Source: Octopus bimaculoides
Lineage: Eukaryota
Assembly: GCF_001194135.2 (NCBI RefSeq)
Contig: NC_068985.1
Span: forward strand, 39,379,288 to 39,416,565
Direction: 5' to 3'
Length of the DNA: 37,278 nucleotides
Part shown: positions 36,063 to 37,278 of the stretch, piece after piece
How positions within the stretch are numbered: position 1 is the stretch's first letter
Layout: each line of letters begins with the position of its first letter
Position numbers and translations under genes: made by a program
The notes under the pieces: model-generated
Database searches by the model: none
What the model saw: the letters and a program-made list of their open reading frames with translations, nothing else
Told to the model about the DNA's origin: nothing

Positions 36063-36598
36063 ATTTATTTGAAGGACACAATACATGTCTTTAAATATTA
36101 CTGATAGTGTCATATGTTAGAACTATCTTAGACATATTCTCTGGACACAAACCACATATAGACGTACTAAAAAAATTGAATAAGGAAAGACACGCGAATA
36201 GCATGAGAAGGCGGAATAAAGAAAACACAGAAGGTAAAATTACGGAGAAGGAAAAGCAGAAAACGAAATCACAAAACTAAAATGTAAAGAGTTAAAAGTA
36301 ACAAGAGGGTAAAAGAGTTATCTTCCTTAGACCTTAAATTATAAGGCTGGAAAGGTATCAACTAGTTAAGCTGGAACAGGAGGAATTTTTTAATTCTTCG
36401 AAATATATTTATACCTATTAGCGCAGGTGCTTGCTTCTCAACCACATGGTTCCAGTTTCAGTCCCACTGCGTGGAACCTTGGGCAAGTGTTTTCTATTCT
36501 AGCCTCGGGCTGACCAAAGCCTTGTTAGTGGATTTGGTAGACGGAAACTGAAAGAAGCCTGTCGTATATATATGTGTTTGTGTGTGTGTGTGTGTGTG

Positions 36599-36642
<44 letters not shown>

Positions 36643-37254
36643 CCCCACCATCGCTTGACAGCCGATGTTGGTGTGTTTACTTCCCTGTAACTTAACGTTT
36701 CGGCAAAAAAGATCCGATAGAATAAGTACTAGGCTTACAAAGAATAAGTCCTGGGGTCGATTTGCTCGGCTAAAGGCGGTGCTCCAGCATGGCCGCAGTC
36801 AAAGGATTGAAACAAGTAAAAGAATAAAAGATTATGCAAGCAACCGCTGAAAATTTCTGACCTAGAGTCCAGTAGGAAGTCAAGGATCTTAGATCTGAGC
36901 AGGATCTGCGCTCTTTCAGCTAAACAAAGCCTAGATCTCTTTGATCCATCAACATAATGTATGGATTTCTCAATTACTTTCCACTTAATCCCATATGGTG
37001 CTTCGTTATCTTTCGAACTCCATACATAGCTAATCAAAACAGTAGCTTTCATTTTGTCCATCTGTCTTTACATTTTAGTTTTTGTAATTTGGTTTTCCGC
37101 TTTTTACCTTCTGCGTTTTGTATATGCTGCCTTATCAGTTTTAATTTTTTGTGTGTCTTCTCTTATTCAATTCTTGTTTTGTTCGTTTAAACGTCTGTGA
37201 CTTGAACAACTATTAATAGTATTTAAAGACACGTATTGTGTCCTTTAAATAAAT
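36063..37254 (-). mobile_element. Penelope-like element 3' fragment (GIY-YIG C-terminus) with inverted terminal repeats
   Basis: ORF 37061-36835 ATVLISYVWSSKDNEAPYGIKWKVIEKSIHYVDGSKRSRLCLAER...LLDSRSEIFSGCLH matches the PLE pattern T.LS.YIW.LK...Y.IKW.I...Y..GS..C.LCL.EK...LN.RSE...CRH. It continues NRYKYISKN* (stop 36390-92) after SINE removal. Inverted arms at 36063-36290 and 37065-37254. Confidence 0.85.
36417..36834 (+). mobile_element. SINE family C, near full length, inserted in the Penelope ORF
   Basis: Head (A-box partly deleted), ggaaccttgggcaagtg core, internal (TG)n(TGTC)n, tail gcggtgctccagcatggccgcagtc...aaagaataaaag; ATTA on both sides. Confidence 0.92.
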
Positions 37255-37278
37255 TACATATATATATATATATATATA

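Noticed and set aside
36044-36075. CTGATGA hammerhead-ribozyme core near the Penelope end
   Set aside because: Antisense to the element, with no stem II and no GAAA in register.

Overview
AT-rich, repeat-saturated animal genomic DNA from a gapped draft assembly (8 N-gaps, about 3.9 kb, mostly bordered by (TA)n). I recognise the SINE families from memory as Octopus-type repeats, so the source is probably an octopus scaffold; this is an inference, not a database result. I find no confident host protein-coding exon, no rRNA and no CRISPR array, so the window reads as intronic or intergenic. Contents: at least 14 copies or fragments of three tRNA-derived SINE families (my labels A, B, C). Decayed non-LTR retroelements: HERO-like 3' end, L1/Tx1 endonuclease half, R4/Dong N-terminus plus RT, an I/Jockey-like relic, and a Penelope GIY-YIG 3' end with inverted terminal repeats. 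DNA transposon relics: a 228-bp mariner MITE, a Tigger/pogo transposase, a 559-bp internally deleted Tc1/mariner, and a possible hAT. There are also extensive di-, tri- and tetranucleotide microsatellite mosaics. Almost all ORFs in the supplied track are microsatellite or N-gap artefacts. The most unusual structure is at 35507-35923: a 366-bp unit with 49-bp terminal inverted repeats. It carries a complete tRNA-like cloverleaf (short variable loop, anticodon CGA) with a T8 Pol III terminator, and is interleaved with a second 52-55-bp inverted repeat (order A-B-A'-tRNA-B').
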